A DNA stretch of 64,000 bases from Mytilus trossulus (GCF_036588685.1 NC_086378.1:88412001-88476000), one strand, 5' to 3'; positions 11,119 to 25,005 are shown, numbered from the stretch's first letter. Made by a program: numbers and translations. Notes: generated from the sequence alone by a model not told the origin.

Positions 11119-12195
11119 CATTGCATGGGATGTTATGGCACAGTTTGGATTAGAAAATAGAGAAGGTGCATTGTGATGAAACCATTTAATATCGATTGTA
11201 CTACAATAATATAAAAGACAGCGTAGTGGTATTAAAAAAACCATAAATTAACAGACTTTTTACATACACATGTTCATGTGTTGGGTTTAATCTAGTGTAC
11301 TTTAACCCTCAACCATCATCTTTGTATTCTCAATCAATGGAGTAAAAGCCGAAAATGCCTTAAGAATAAAAAAAACGATAAATGAAAAACACAATTATCA
11401 TATTACTGATACAAGTAATAAATACACAAGCACACATCAAAATAGGAACAGTATCATAGGTTCATTTCAAAGGGAATGCTACCATGTTTGAAATTAGACA
11501 CAATCTAATATTTGCGGGTGTATTTCGTCGTAGTCGTCTTCATATACATCTAAATCGTGACCAGAACCGGCGCAGCCATACGACCTTGTGAAGTGCAGAA
11601 AGCAAAGGTTTAGAAGAAGCAATGATCGAACAACGACAGTCTCATTTAAATCGCTATCGATAAATATAAAAAGCCAAATTAGAAAATTTCCTAAAAGAGA
11701 CAAGTCCTTAATAAGGGCAACAGTAGTATAAACTCAAAAATCCATGGACAAAAAAACAAAATTGATGGCGTAAAGAATAATAATAAATCAGAAACAGCTG
11801 CTTGAAATACCACAAATGTTTCCTGCAGTTTGGATCCTCATAGAATTGCATAATTTATTTCTGTACTATTTGTGATAAGATTTATTGAATGTTTTGTCTC
11901 AATCTCTGTTGTAAAATATTGAATTGAGAAAAGTATTACACTTTGTAAATTAAAGGTAATTAAAACATTATCTTCTAGTTACAATGGAGAAATATACTAT
12001 CCAGTAGGGAGGTCATTTGAGTTATTTGTAGAAGGCGAAAGGATAAGATAGGGTATATACAGAAAGAATGTTTGATGAAGAATTTGGTAGTACTGATACT
12101 TGTATTTAATATATATTGATAAGATAGGTCACGTTTGTTAGTTAATGTTTACAAGCTATTAAAATTTGGAAGTAAACAAGAATTGTTTAGGAAAA

Positions 12196-15100
12196 ATGTA
12201 CATGTTTATTATTTTCTTTTGTGGTAAGCGTATTTATTAAAATATGATAGTCACAACCTACTTTTGTAGTTCAAAACTCTTTTTTAATCATTTAAAGCAC
12301 GGTGTTTGTTTTAATTGTGTTTTCTTATTTTGATATAGACAACACTGCATGTGTTTAATGTATGTTTTTCAATATAGTTTTAAGGAGACACTTGAAATTA
12401 TAAAAGATGTTTCAACATTTTTATAAGATTTTTTGTTGTGTAGAGTTTATAATTTTTGATTCTGCTCTTAAAAAACATAAAAATTTGATAGAGTTAAAAT
12501 AATGTAATGATAATATGTACAAAAATGCTCGTTAGTTAAACTATAAAAACTTTTCTTCGAAGAACTGCATTATTCACATAACCCTTGTTTGGGTAATTTT
12601 TCAATGGCACTATTTCATACCACAATCATACAGATAAATAAGTTATTTTTTTACGACTTTGTAGTGTTGTTTGGAAGGACATCTGCTTTCTTCAATAATG
12701 GTATGCCATGTGACGTCATCTTAAGTTTTAATTGTGACAGATTCAGTGTTGATACGGATGAAAGAATATGTGACACAAACGGATTCTTGTATCACAACTT
12801 GTGAGTAAACTGTATGAATTTCATTTGCATGTCATTCACAGCTATTTATAAAAGCCAAATATACATCAATTTAATTAAGTTGTTTAAACTAAAAATCAAA
12901 CAGGTATTAAAGATACATATGATATTGTGGCAAAAGAACCGGTTATGTTACAAATAAAGGCAACAGTAGTAGTATAACGGTGTTCAAAAGTCATAAATCA
13001 ATAGAGAAAAAACAAATCTGGGTCCAAACCAAAACCGATGGAAACGAATCAACTTTTAACAAAAAAAGGAATAAAGAAAACACTATAAAAAGAACACTAA
13101 AGTGCAACGAAACCAACCGGCAATATATATAGAAACGAACTATTTGATAACAACTGCCATATTCCTGACTTGGTACAGGGCATGCTAATTAATAATAATA
13201 TCTAGTATATAGTATTTAGTTTTGAGTTGAAACACAAACCACAAAATAGCAAAGGAATAACAATGTATACGGCTACTGCCTTCAGTTCGTATGATTTTGA
13301 TCGATCGAATGTCCAGTGCCAATTATTTTCTGCATAGTAACTATGAGATGAAATACACAATAAACATAATAGGTAAAGGTTTTGAAAAGTGGATCCACTG
13401 AAAAATGAGGATGTATTTGATAAGGACCGGATTTTTTTTGTCTGCAACTTGCCTTCTCGTGATGTATAAAAAGCTATGTTGCTATGGATGTACTGTTGGA
13501 TGGAAGATTGATTGATTGATTGTTGGTTGTCTTACTCCGCATTAGCACAAAAAGGCTATATCGCGGCAAGTTGGATGGGAAAAGTCAAGGACCAGTCAAC
13601 CTTGTGTTCTTCTTAAAGTGTTCTGTATCATTTGAGTACTAATACATAAATTTTGATATATAGGTTTTTATTTCGTCCTTAAAATACATAATGTTCTGTT
13701 TGAACACTTTAATTTGTGAATAACATATGATATAAAAGGGGCACTAGGTACGAGATATATAGAAAATATAAAGTTTGATTTTTTTCTGTTCAATCAATAA
13801 TGAAAGTGAAATAGTGAAATAACAGTTCGCTTTTTACTGCCAAAAAAGTTCAATTTTGTCAAATTACGCTAAGAAACATTGATAATTAGTTATTCTCTTG
13901 CAAGTGAATGAGTCGACCTCTTTAAATCCGTATTTATGTGAACTTCAATTTAACCCCTAGCTAGAGATTGACAACGCATGCATTGTACGTGTACTGGTTA
14001 TTTAAAGAAAAAGAATGTCAACAATGAAAGTGAAACTACGGTAAATCATTTGGTTACTAATTCGATGCACATTAAATCATTCTTATATGGTTAAAACAAT
14101 GAGAAACATCTATTTTTCATCTATAAAATAAAATAAAGAAACCTATAAAAAATACACACGAAACGAACCTATATATTATCTACCACATGCTCTGTAAACT
14201 GTTTATTTTAGACTTTTGATAGTTTGGATAAATGTTTTACATTGTTATAAATCTAATATGAGAATTTGAGTCAAATCGGTGACCGGGCACTAGCTGTCAA
14301 ATTCATGGTCACCGATTTGACTCAAATTCTCATATTTGATTTATAACAATATAAAACATTTATCCAAACTATCAAAAGTCTAAAATAAACAGTTTACAGA
14401 GCATGGGGAAGATAATATATAGGTTCGTTTTGGTGTATTTTAGTCCAGACGCCATCTCATTACCTATCCATTTGACCTCAGATGACCATATGAGTGATGT
14501 AAACATAAACACATATATAAATAGATTAAGCAATTCGTGCAGTTGGACTTTAAAGGTCTTCTTAATTTTGTATTATAGATTAAAACAATGTGTTTATTGT
14601 CGTTTTTTCCAAAATAAGAATGATTTTTTGTGGATCGAATTAGTCAATCAAAGTATTTACCTTTGTTTCACTTACAAATGTTGACATTATTTTCCTTTAA
14701 ATAACTGTACACGGACTATGCATGCGTTATTCTATGTGTTTCTCCGGGGTTAAATTAGAGTTCACATGAATACAGGTTTAATGAGGTCGAGTTATTCACT
14801 TGCAAGTGAATAATTCATTATAAATTTATATTAACTTCATTTGACAAAATTGAACCATTTTAGCTGCTTAAAGTGAATTATTATTTCACTATTTCTTTTT
14901 CATTAATGATTGAACAAAAAAAATCATACTTTAGATTTTTTTTTATATATCTCGTAGCTAGTGTCACTTTAAATGTCTTCTTATAAAAGAGAGGCGCACT
15001 ATATCAAAGGGACATACAAACTCATAATCCAAAAATTTATATACAGCACCATGGCCCAATAAGAAAAAGACAAACACAAAACACAACATATAAATGTAAA

Positions 15101-17060
15101 AACGGATCAACACGAACTTCACTAAGTACTAGGGTGTGGATCTCATGTGTTCCGGTAGGGCAAGCAGACCATGATCCACATGTAATTTTTCTATAACTAT
15201 TTTGAACTTGAATACGATTAGTAGTATGTGTAATTGTATATTCAATTAAGATATTTAGTTAATCTTATTTTTATCTAGCTGCGCATTCGATCAAGCCGTT
15301 TGTAAAGACAGCACATTAGAGATAGACTCGTCATTCTCATGTTTACTGTCGCCAGCAACTGCAACGGTAAAACCACCAACAACCACAACGATTAAGCCAC
15401 CGACAACAGCAACGATTAAGCCAGCGATAACCACAACGGTTAAGCCACCGACAACCGCAACGGTTAAACCATCGACAACAGCAACGGTTAAGCCAACGAC
15501 AACCACAACGGTTAAACCACTGACAACAGCAACGGTTAAACCATCGACTACCATAATGGTAAAACCAACGACAACCGCAACGGTTAAACCACTGACAACA
15601 GCAACCGTTAAACCAACGACAACCGCAACGGTTAAACCACTGACAACAGCAACGGTTAAACCACCGACTACCATAACGGTAAAACCAACGACAACCGCAA
15701 CGGTTAAACCACTGACAACAACAACGGTTAAACCACCGACAACCACAACGGTTAAGCCACTGACAACCGCAACGGTTAAACCACCTACAACCACAACCAA
15801 AACGACGACGACGAGTGGCACAAAAATGTCTACAACAGCACAAATCTTAATGACAGGAACAACGGCTATACCAACAACAAAAACCTCAACGACACCAAAG
15901 CCCCAACCAACGACTCCACAGCCTAATTCAACGACACCAAAGCCACAATCAACGACTAAACAACCGAACACAACGACACCGAAAACAAACTCAACTGCAC
16001 CATTAACCACAATGGGCAGGACAACAGCACTGCCAAATGATTCTGGACCATCGACAGCCCGGCCTACACGTAGTCTGTTAGAACAAATGTTTTGTGACAA
16101 TAAGAATACCATTGTATGTCATGAGGATCGAAACAAAGTATGTGGTACCGATGGCGTTACGTATGATAACAAGTAAGTACCACTCATGTTATTTTGTATC
16201 ATTATATTTCAAGTTAAAATGCCTTATATTGACGGGTCATACAAAGGAGACAATTCACATTATCACATGGCTCGGCAATGCAATGAATTGAGTTTCAGCA
16301 CATGCTAAAGATTCCGGTGTCAAAAGAACAAAAATACATCTTGCTTTACTTTTGTTACTTTTTGAATGGCTGTAACGTTATATTAACGAAGTCGTTGTTA
16401 CGTTCAAATAAAAATTTAAAAGACAAAATGACAGATAATTCAGGATAGTTACTCATGAAAATGGGTTGACAGTATTTTATTGGGGTAAAACTTGATCAAT
16501 CTGATATTTATAGAGTAAAAGCATCGTAATTTTAATAACGTTTGTAGAAATATAGAATGAAATATGAGAATTCAATTATGTACAGTAACACAATCATAAT
16601 AAAAAGGTTACATGTAAGTTAGAACCGCATTTTGTTCGATGGTTCAATTATTAAAAAAAAATCTATCTAAAACTAAGGAAATTTCGTGTGAATGCCAAGG
16701 AGACAACTATTAACTAATGATCTGATATCGTAAATGAAAGCAATATACTAGTAGGCCACAGTTCAGCCTTCCAACTGAGAAACGCTCGTCGTATAGTCAG
16801 CTATACACACAACATAACACAATACTATTAAAACAATTCAAACTAAAGGCCTGATTTATGGCTGTTTCATATTTTTTTTCTACATTTGGGTGTAATCAAT
16901 CTATTGTTATTTTTCTACAGTTGGTAATTTCTAGAAATTAAGTGCCAATTACACAATTAATATTACTGTTATATGCTACTTTTTCAGTTGTGAGTTTGCC
17001 AAAGTACAGTGTGACAATATCTACTTACAAATAAAGAACACTGGAGATTGCAGTTCATAG
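12196..17060 (+). CDS. Secreted Kazal-like / Thr-rich mucin-like linker / Kazal protein, paralogue 1
   Basis: Exons 12196-12223, 12665-12800, 15279-16172, 16988-17060; phases 1,2,2 are consistent. Signal peptide MYMFIIFFCVLFGRTSA; domain 1 CDVILSFNC...ICDTNGFLYHNFCAFDQAVC...C; ~250-aa linker of TTATVKP(L/T/P) 8-mers; domain 2 CDNKNTIVCHEDRNKVCGTDGVTYDNNCEFAKVQC...GDC. Confidence 0.85.
13737..14968. mobile_element. Two inverted copies of a Kolobok-like MITE forming a ~1.2-kb palindrome
   Basis: Ends aggggcactag.tacgagatatata / tatatatctcgtagctagtgtcact|ttaa. Inner arms 14185-14285 and 14307-14405 are near-perfect reverse complements. An internal gggcactagct terminus lies at 14286. Confidence 0.75.
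14984..15182 (-). mobile_element. Short degenerate 3'-end fragment of the Penelope-like element
   Basis: Similar to 41505-41713 (aaaagagaggcg...caaagggaca..aaactcataa...tccggtagggcaagcaga). Confidence 0.7.
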
Positions 17061-17134
17061 ACTATTTCACTCAAATAAATATACTGATTTAAAACTATGG
17101 TTTTATTTCTGATATAAAAACTTTAAAAACGGTT

Positions 17135-18167
17135 TTAAAAGAGGGACGAAAGATACCAAAAGGGACAGTCAAACTCATAAACCTAAAACAAACTGACAAC
17201 GCCGTGGCTAAAAATGAAAAAGACAAACAGACAAACAATAGTTCACATGACACAACATAGAAAACTAAAGAATAAGCAACACGAACCCCCAAAAACTAGG
17301 GGTGATCTCATGTGCTTCGGAAGGGTAAGCAGATCCTGCTCCACATGTGACACCCACCGTGTTGCTTATTCGATAACAAATCCGGTAAATAGTCTAATTC
17401 GGTAGGTCACATGCATGATAGGGAAGGGGATTATAGTTAAGACGTAAGGAACAGATCCGATATCATTTGTGAAACGGTTATTCCATAACGGTCAACCAAC
17501 TCTTGATGGCGTCCATAAATTTTACGAAGCGATGATTTTAACTTCACCATTTGGAACTCTGGTTTAATAGCTTCCTTGTGAGCAGCAACCCTCTATCAAA
17601 AAAATCATGATAGGAAATGCAAGCACGGGAATATCGTATCAATTGGGAGATATATACCCCGTATGTAGGTGCTGCTGGAATGTTGCTACTTAGAAATGGA
17701 AAGTTTACGATTGGAAAGCTGAAGTCATCTCTTTTGTCGTAAATTTTTGTTTTCAACCGACCCTCATTGTCAATTGCAATATGTTTGTCAAGATATGAAG
17801 CCGACTTAACTGTATTTGTAGTATCCTTTATCTCTAGTTCGATGGGATAGATGCGTTCCACATAGTCACCAAATTTTGAATTATTTAGTGAAAGAACATC
17901 ATCTATATAGCGGAAATTAGTGTTGAAGGATATTGCTAACTTCTTATCTTTCTTCCTAAGAAGTTCCTGCATGAAGTCAGCCTCATAATAATAAAGAAAC
18001 AAGTCGGCAAGTAGAGGGGCACAGTTTGTTCCCATTGGAATACCGAGCGTCTGTTGAAAAACACGACCTCCGAACGTAACAAATATGTTGTCAATCAAGA
18101 AATCAAGCATCTTGATAATATCAGTTTAAGATAATTTTTTGTTAGAATCAGAGTGATCCTTTACAAA
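17135..18167 (-). mobile_element. 5'-truncated copy of the same Penelope-like element (RT C-terminus + 3'UTR)
   Basis: ORF 17544-18110 is nearly identical to the C-terminal part of the 970-aa ORF, with a frameshift near its end. Same 3' terminus. Begins ~75 nt after the stop codon of Kazal paralogue 1. Confidence 0.92.
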
Positions 18168-19203
18168 CTGTAAACTTACATAACGAAAGGGACATCTGGA
18201 GGCCATCCCATTGTCTTCAATAACAGACAAATTATCTGAATGCCTTTACCCTATGTGGTTAATTTTAACAGGCAACGTCGTTATTGTATACTATTTTCAC
18301 CTTTGGAAGGAGTAAAAAGCACCAATGTGAGAATAATCAGGCCGTGACACAATTTGTCCATCAATACAAGAACTCGAAATGAGCTTTATGTCATGGATAC
18401 TTAATTGGTTTTAAAAGGAATGTTTTCATAAAAAGGTAGATTTTTAAGTGTTGTTCTTGCTAAGAAATTATTCAAGTTTATATGGAATATTTGCCTTACA
18501 CAGAAATGTATTGTTCTTTTCGAAATATTATCTTACTGAATGGACAATCAGTCTTTATATTTTGAAGACCGAACTTTGAACCTATAAATGGCATGTATTG
18601 TTATCTTGTATATAGTTTGGTGGGTATCTAATTGTCTCTTATCCAATATCTCAGCTTATTCATATAACGAAATTCTGTTCATTTAGGAATTAATAATGTT
18701 AACGAACACGTGGACGAATTCTAAATAGACGAACTTTGCACGCTGAGAATTTTGACTGCCCATTTTTCATGAAAATTTTAGATGAAAAAGAAACGTCAAT
18801 CCTTTTGTTTAGCTTTTATGCAGCTCATTGGGTACCTTAAACACCTAAATTCTTTTGATTTAGAGTACCTATTCGATTTAGAACTATTCCAAGTCAAATA
18901 GTTTTCATAGATATTTAGTGTTTTTTTTTAAATCATTTGGAACAGAAATAAAATTTGGTCAGATTTATCGTCTATCTATTGTACCATGTGACCTTTTACA
19001 CTCTGAATGAATATGATTGTCATGATATATATGACGGAACAGTTCCATGGATGAAAACATTCCTCGTATCATACAATACAACAATAACCAGATTGACTCA
19101 GGTCTAAGACGTCATGATAAGATCATAGATAAGTCACGGATATAGCACATAAGGAACACTTATAGGTGTGTAAAGGAGATACAAAAAAGGAAACGTCACT
19201 ACA

Positions 19204-22200
19204 ATGACTGTTTTAATTAATCTGTGTTTTGGTAAGTATAAAATATTTAATCTGTTTTCCCTTTCCACATGAATTGGTACTGCTTATTCCGTATAAAATG
19301 GTTCCACAATTATTATTTCAAAGGACTTTTTCATAGCGCGGAGTAAAAAAATCGAGAAAGAGATGAGTAGGCTAGCCTAGTGAGACAAAACCACAACAAC
19401 GAAAAAAACGATCAAAAAGACATATAAGGGGCAGCATGCATGCAGTCTTCATCATTTGATAGATTTCTTTACGATAAATCAACTTTTTTTGATCGATTGC
19501 TGGTTTTTCAACTTACAAGGCGTCACGTATGTCTCAGGCGCTGATCCAGTATTTAACAGTAGAAAGAGAAAAATTTAGAGTTAGATGACCATATTTTGAC
19601 AAACAATTGGCAATTATTTTAACTATCATTTACCTTATTTCGTTTTTACGTGGCGCGGCCAGGTAACCCTCGTCTGAATCCGCTTCTAGATCTTGCGATC
19701 TTGGAGAAATAGCAACTCTGCTTCCCTTGTAGACAATCGTACAAGAAGGCCAAATGTTACCTTGCAATGTATTGCATGAGATACAGGTTTATTTTAAATC
19801 ACGACGATTCACTAAAAAGTCTATAGCATCGTTCAATGTTGTCTCTTATAACTATAAAAAGGTTATTGTTCGAAAAGGGTAAATTTACCCCTTCTCAATA
19901 TAATGCTGTACTCAGGACACATTTCACCAACTTCTTACAACCGTCTGTGTTTCTTTGTCAATTGTGTTCACCAATTTATTTATATTGCAGTCCTGTGGTG
20001 TTGTGTTGTCATTTTGATGTTATATTTCACATGGCAATGAAAGAGGGAGATTTGGCATGCAACATAACCAGTGTCCTGTACCAAGTCAGGAATATGGCCA
20101 TTGTTATATTATTGTTCGTTTCTGTGTGTGTTACATTTTAACGTTGTGTTCTTGTTCTCCTCTTATATTTAATGCGTTTCCCTCGGTTTTAGTTTGTTAC
20201 CCCGATTTTGTTTTTGTCCATGGATTTATGAGTTTTGAACAGCGGTATGCTACTGTTGCCTTTATATATATAAAAAAACATTTAATATATTTACACACTT
20301 ATGTATACCCGTTTTTGTGCCCACCTACAATAGTAGAAGGGCATTATGTTTTCTGGTCTGTGGGTCCGTTCGTTCGTTCGTCCGTATGTTCGTTCATCGT
20401 CCGTCTATTCGTTCGTTCGTCTGGTCCGCTTCAGGTTAAAGTTTTTGGTAAAGGTAGTTTTAGATGAAGCTGCAGTCCAATCAACTTGAAACTTATATTG
20501 TATACATGTTCTTTTATGATCTTTCTAATTGAAAAGCCAAATTAGACTTTTGACTCCCCAATTTCACGGTCCACTGAACATAGAAAATGAAAGTGCCAGT
20601 TTCAGGTTAAAGTTTTTGGTCAAGGTAGTTTTTGATGAAGTTGAAGTCCAATCAACTTGAAACTTATGGTATGATATTTCTTATTTAAATGCCAAATTAG
20701 ATGTTTTTCCCAATTTCACATTAAAACATGGAAAATGATAGTGCAACTCAGACTGCCAAGTGGGGCATCCGTGTGATTTGGACACATTCTTATTATATAA
20801 TGCTACATGTACTGTGGACAAATTACCCTTCCGGAGCACCTGGTTTCACTCCCGGTTTTTAGTGGATTTCGTGTTGTTTCTTAATTATTATTTATAACTG
20901 TTGCAGAACTGTTGATGTAAATGTCCTTTGGTTTTGTGAGTCTTTGTTTACTTCTTTGTTTTTGATTGTTTTTGTCTTCCACCAACTTTGAATATAGGAC
21001 TAAGGTCAAGCCTAAATATAAGAAAATAAAACTTTCTTTATTACAGTGATAAGCGTGATCTATGGAGCATCAGCCACAATAAGTTTTGAAGAGTTATGCC
21101 GTGAGATAATACTACTAGACTGTAGTCAGCTTACAGTCGACACAGACGAAACAGTGTGTGACTCTAATGGAAACTCGTATATAAATTTGTGAGTACTTAA
21201 TATCTAACAAGCCTTATGGTATATTTATGTATGTAAAAAGAAGATGTGGTATGATTGCCAATGAGACAACTCTCCACAAGAGACCAAAATGACACGGACA
21301 TTAACATATATAGGCCACCGTACGGCCTTCAACAATGAGCAAAGCTTGTGTTCATTAAGTTTTGATAGAAAAGCAAGGCATATTTTAGTAGCATTTTTAA
21401 TATTACTCAACAGTTATCTGTGGTAATGAAATTAATATGTTTTAGACTAACACTGTTAGACATTGGCTTGCATGACATACTAAGGGGACATAACTGTTGT
21501 CGTTCAATCATTATGTCTAGTATTTATTGTATGAGCATCTTTTCATGTTTCTTTTGTTTTTTAATTGATTTTGTTTCTTGACAATTCCCAAGGTCGTGTT
21601 TTCCTGGGATTTGGTGTTGTGGGGTTTGATAGTCTCTGTGTTTAATTCATTCTCAGCCGATCATACTCGATGCGATAAAGAGCTGGTATGTTTTTTGCAC
21701 TGCTGACTATTTTGAAGACCATAGACTGAACCCTAGATGTATTCATAGTGTTTTTATTTTCTCCGTGTTGTCTTATTGATATGTTCCATCAAAAACTTAC
21801 ATTTATGAGCAAATTATATAATTAATCGTGCGCGGACTGTATAGCCAGTCAAGGTAGTAAAAAAATTCCTTCATCATTATTGATTAGTTAGTTTACAATT
21901 TAATTTTACAAGTTCAAGAATAAACTTTTTGTCTTATTGGGGCCTTTTATAGCTGACTATATGCGGTATGGGCTTTGCTCATTATTGAAGACCGTACGGT
22001 GACCTATAATTGTTTTAATGTTTGTGTCATTTTGGTCTTTTGTGGATAGTTGTCTCATTGGCAATCATACCACATCTTCTTTTTTATATTTCTAAATGAA
22101 ATATCAATATCAATAGAACATTTTTAAATGCTGCCATTACATATTACACCTGACGGTTTGAGAGGTGAATATCAATTTTTCAACATTTTCCTCCGGTGAA

Positions 22201-23298
22201 TTCGCTGTCTTATTTACAATCCAAATGATATAAATGCAGCTGAAACTATGCTAAAGATAGAAAATGAATATCATTATTCTTTATTTCAGCTGTGCTTTTG
22301 ATCAGGCCAGATGTAAAGACAAAAGAATAGAAATAGATGCTAAGTTTGGATGTGTTACGACAACGAACAAAATGGCATCTACAACATATGCTGCCATGAC
22401 AACCAAACCAGCAACCCTAATGAAAACGACACCTATGCCTGCAACAACGCCTATCCCTACTACAACGACGACCAAACCTACAACTACGCCCAAGCCAACA
22501 CGGGACCAGCTTGGACAATTGTTCTGTGATAACAAAGGCATAGTAACATGTAGCTATGATCCAGTTAAAGTTTGTGCCTCTAATGGAGTTACACACCAAA
22601 ATAAGTAAGTCTGATGTTACAGAGGCATTAAAATAGTTTCACATTCCAATATTAGAGGAAAGCCTATTATGTCATGCGAAATCGGTCACGGGCGATTGAA
22701 CATGTTGTGGGGTGTAGGGAGGTGTACTATTCCCCATCACAAACACTGACATTATTGCGATTCAAAGCCAATGGTTTTACATCTTAGTATTAATAATTGA
22801 AAACAATCTTATTGGTATTTCATGGGTATGTCATAAGGGGAACGAAAAGTATCTTCCGTCACCACTAAACATTTAGTTGAAAATAAAGGCCTCGCCACCA
22901 TCGAAGTAAAAAGTGCTTTCAAATGAAAAAAAATTCCCACAAAATCAGAAAGTTTTATTAAATGAGTAAATAAACTCATCATAAATACCAGGATTAAATT
23001 TTGTTTTTACGCCAGACGCGCGATTCGTCTACAAAAAAACTCATCAGTGGCGCTCGTAACCAACAAAGTTAAAAGCGTCTAAAACATTAAGCAGTTGATG
23101 GGCATTGAGGACCAAAATTCCTAAATATTTTCTAATAAATATTTTTAGTAGGCAAATTATAATTCACAAACTGAAAATACTTTATTCATTTATTAATCTG
23201 AATCTAGCAATCTTTTCTTTTTTTCTTTCAGTTGTGAGTTTCAAAAGGCACAATGTGACAACATCTGGTTAACAATAGTAAAGACGGGTCAATGTTGA
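19204..23298 (+). CDS. Secreted Kazal-like / Thr-rich linker / Kazal protein, paralogue 2
   Basis: Exons 19204-19231, 21047-21188, 22290-22604, 23232-23298, with the same intron positions and phases as paralogue 1. VCDSNGNSYINFCAFDQARC; ~55-aa Thr/Pro linker; VCASNGVTHQNNCEFQKAQC...GQC*. Confidence 0.85.
20310..20790 (+). mobile_element. Second HINE/DINE-like family (also 52359-52648; degenerate 2872-3075)
   Basis: ttttt(g/a)tgcccacctac.atagtaga.gggcattatgttttctggtctg, (gttc/gtcc)n microsatellite, core repeat, end gtggggcatccgtgt....tggacacattctt. Confidence 0.7.
21236..22086. repeat. Two inverted copies (21236-21346 +, 21935-22086 -) of a dispersed SINE-like repeat; further copies at ~31761-32040 and ~46060-46190
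   Basis: aagaagatgtggtatgattgccaatgagacaact...ccacaa.agaccaaaatgacac and its reverse complement. Confidence 0.7.
22968..23130 (-). ncRNA. Retrozyme fragment, hammerhead motif 23009-23054
   Basis: Minus strand gcgcca-ctgatga-gtttttttgtagac-gaat-cgcgc-gtc-tggcg; in intron 3 of Kazal paralogue 2. Confidence 0.7.
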
Positions 23299-23622
23299 AA
23301 AAAGCTTGAAAAAAGAATGTGACGGAAGAAAAACTAATACAGTATCGTTCAATAAAATTGATCTGATCACTTCTAGTTAACCAAAGCTTTACAATAATAG
23401 AAGTAATAGACGTGTAAGATATATTGGAGAAATTAAAGAAATAAATGTTCAATAGAGATTGGTTGCAGTTTCTCCGTCTTAGAATAAAGACGTGTCCTAA
23501 ACGGGCGTATGCTTGCTGTGCGGGATGTCTAAATACGCAACCACGTCCGGTTTGTCGAAATGGGGGAGTGAAATTCTTTGCGCTTGAGAAACATTGCAAC
23601 ATTTGTTTGATGGTTCTTTATA

Positions 23623-25005
23623 CGGGGCGCCGAATGGGACTCTTGTGATTTTGTACTCAAAATTCAATTTTGTACGGACAAAAGTGACTTTTGTTCAACA
23701 AAAATGAGTTCAGTTTAACAAAATTTGTATCATACTACAAATTTGAAATTTTGTCATACAAAATTATCTATCAGCGGACAAAAGTCACTTTTGTCATGAC
23801 AAAATTCATTTTTGTTACACAGACTTGACTTTTGTTACCTAATTTGAAAATTGAGCGACAAAAGTCAATTTTGTATTTAAATTAGTTTAGTTTGGTTTCT
23901 GTGAACTAATTTGCATACAAAATCGACTTTTGTTACACAAAATTGACTTTTGTTACACAAAATTGACTTTTGTTACACAAAAATACTTTTGTTACACAAA
24001 ATTGACTGTTGTCTCAACAAAATTAACAAAATTGAATTTTGTCTCAACAAAATTGACAAAATTGAATTTTGTCTCAACAAAATTGACAAAATTGAATTTT
24101 GTCTCAACAAAATTAACAAAATTGAATTTTGTCTCAACAAAATTAACAAAATTGAATTTTGTCTCAACAAAATTAACAAAATTGAATTTTGTCTCAACAA
24201 AATTGATTTTTGTCTCACGAAAGTCAATTTTGTCTCACGAAAGTCAATTTTGTCTCACGAAAGTCAATTTTGTCATCACAAAAATTAATTTTTTCGTCAC
24301 AAAATTGACTTTTGTCTCAACAAAATTGACATAGTTGACTTTTGTCTCAACAAAATTGACAAAATTGACTTTTGTCTCAACAAAATTAACAAAATTGACT
24401 TTTGTCTCAACAAAATTTACAAAATTGACTTTTGTCTCAACAAAATTAACAAAATTGACTTTTGTCTCAACAAAATTTACAAAATTGACTTTTGTCTCAA
24501 CAAAATTAACAAAATTGAATTTTGTCTCAACAAAAATGCAAAATTGAATTTTGTCTCAACAAAAATGACAAAATTGAATTTTGTCTCAACAAAAATGACA
24601 AAAGTCAATTTTGTCTCACAAAAGTCAATTTTGTTTCACAAAAGTCAATTTTGTCTCACAAAATTAAATCTTACCGTACACAATTGACCTTTGTGATCTA
24701 ATTTCCATATCAGGTAACAAAAGTCAATTTTGTATGCAAATATGTTTATATTTGCATACCTTTAAGACAAAATTGACTTTTGTCATGACAAATATGAATT
24801 TTGTCTACAAAAATGAATTTTGTCTACAAAAATGAATTTTGTCATGACAAAAATGAATTTTGTCTACACAAATGAATTTTGTCATCACAAAATTGAAGTT
24901 CTCACAAAACAAGTCTGTAGCACATAGTTTTGTAAGACAAAAATGATTTTGTTATGACAGAATTGAATTTTGTACAAAACCACAAGAGTCCCATTCGGCG
25001 CCCCG
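23623..25005. mobile_element. Foldback-like TIR element with internal 10/20/30-bp tandem modules, TA target duplication
   Basis: ta|cggggcgccgaatgggactcttgtgattttgtac ... gtacaaaaccacaagagtcccattcggcgccccg|ta. Interior built from acaaaattga / cttttgtctca modules. Confidence 0.88.

Noticed and set aside
15291-16112. Minus-strand Val/Gly-rich and Cys/Arg/Trp-rich ORFs (also 22302-22599)
   Set aside because: Antisense shadows of the Thr-rich exon on the plus strand.
23930-24547. Repetitive ORFs (STKLTKLNFV)n
   Set aside because: Tandem modules inside the foldback element.
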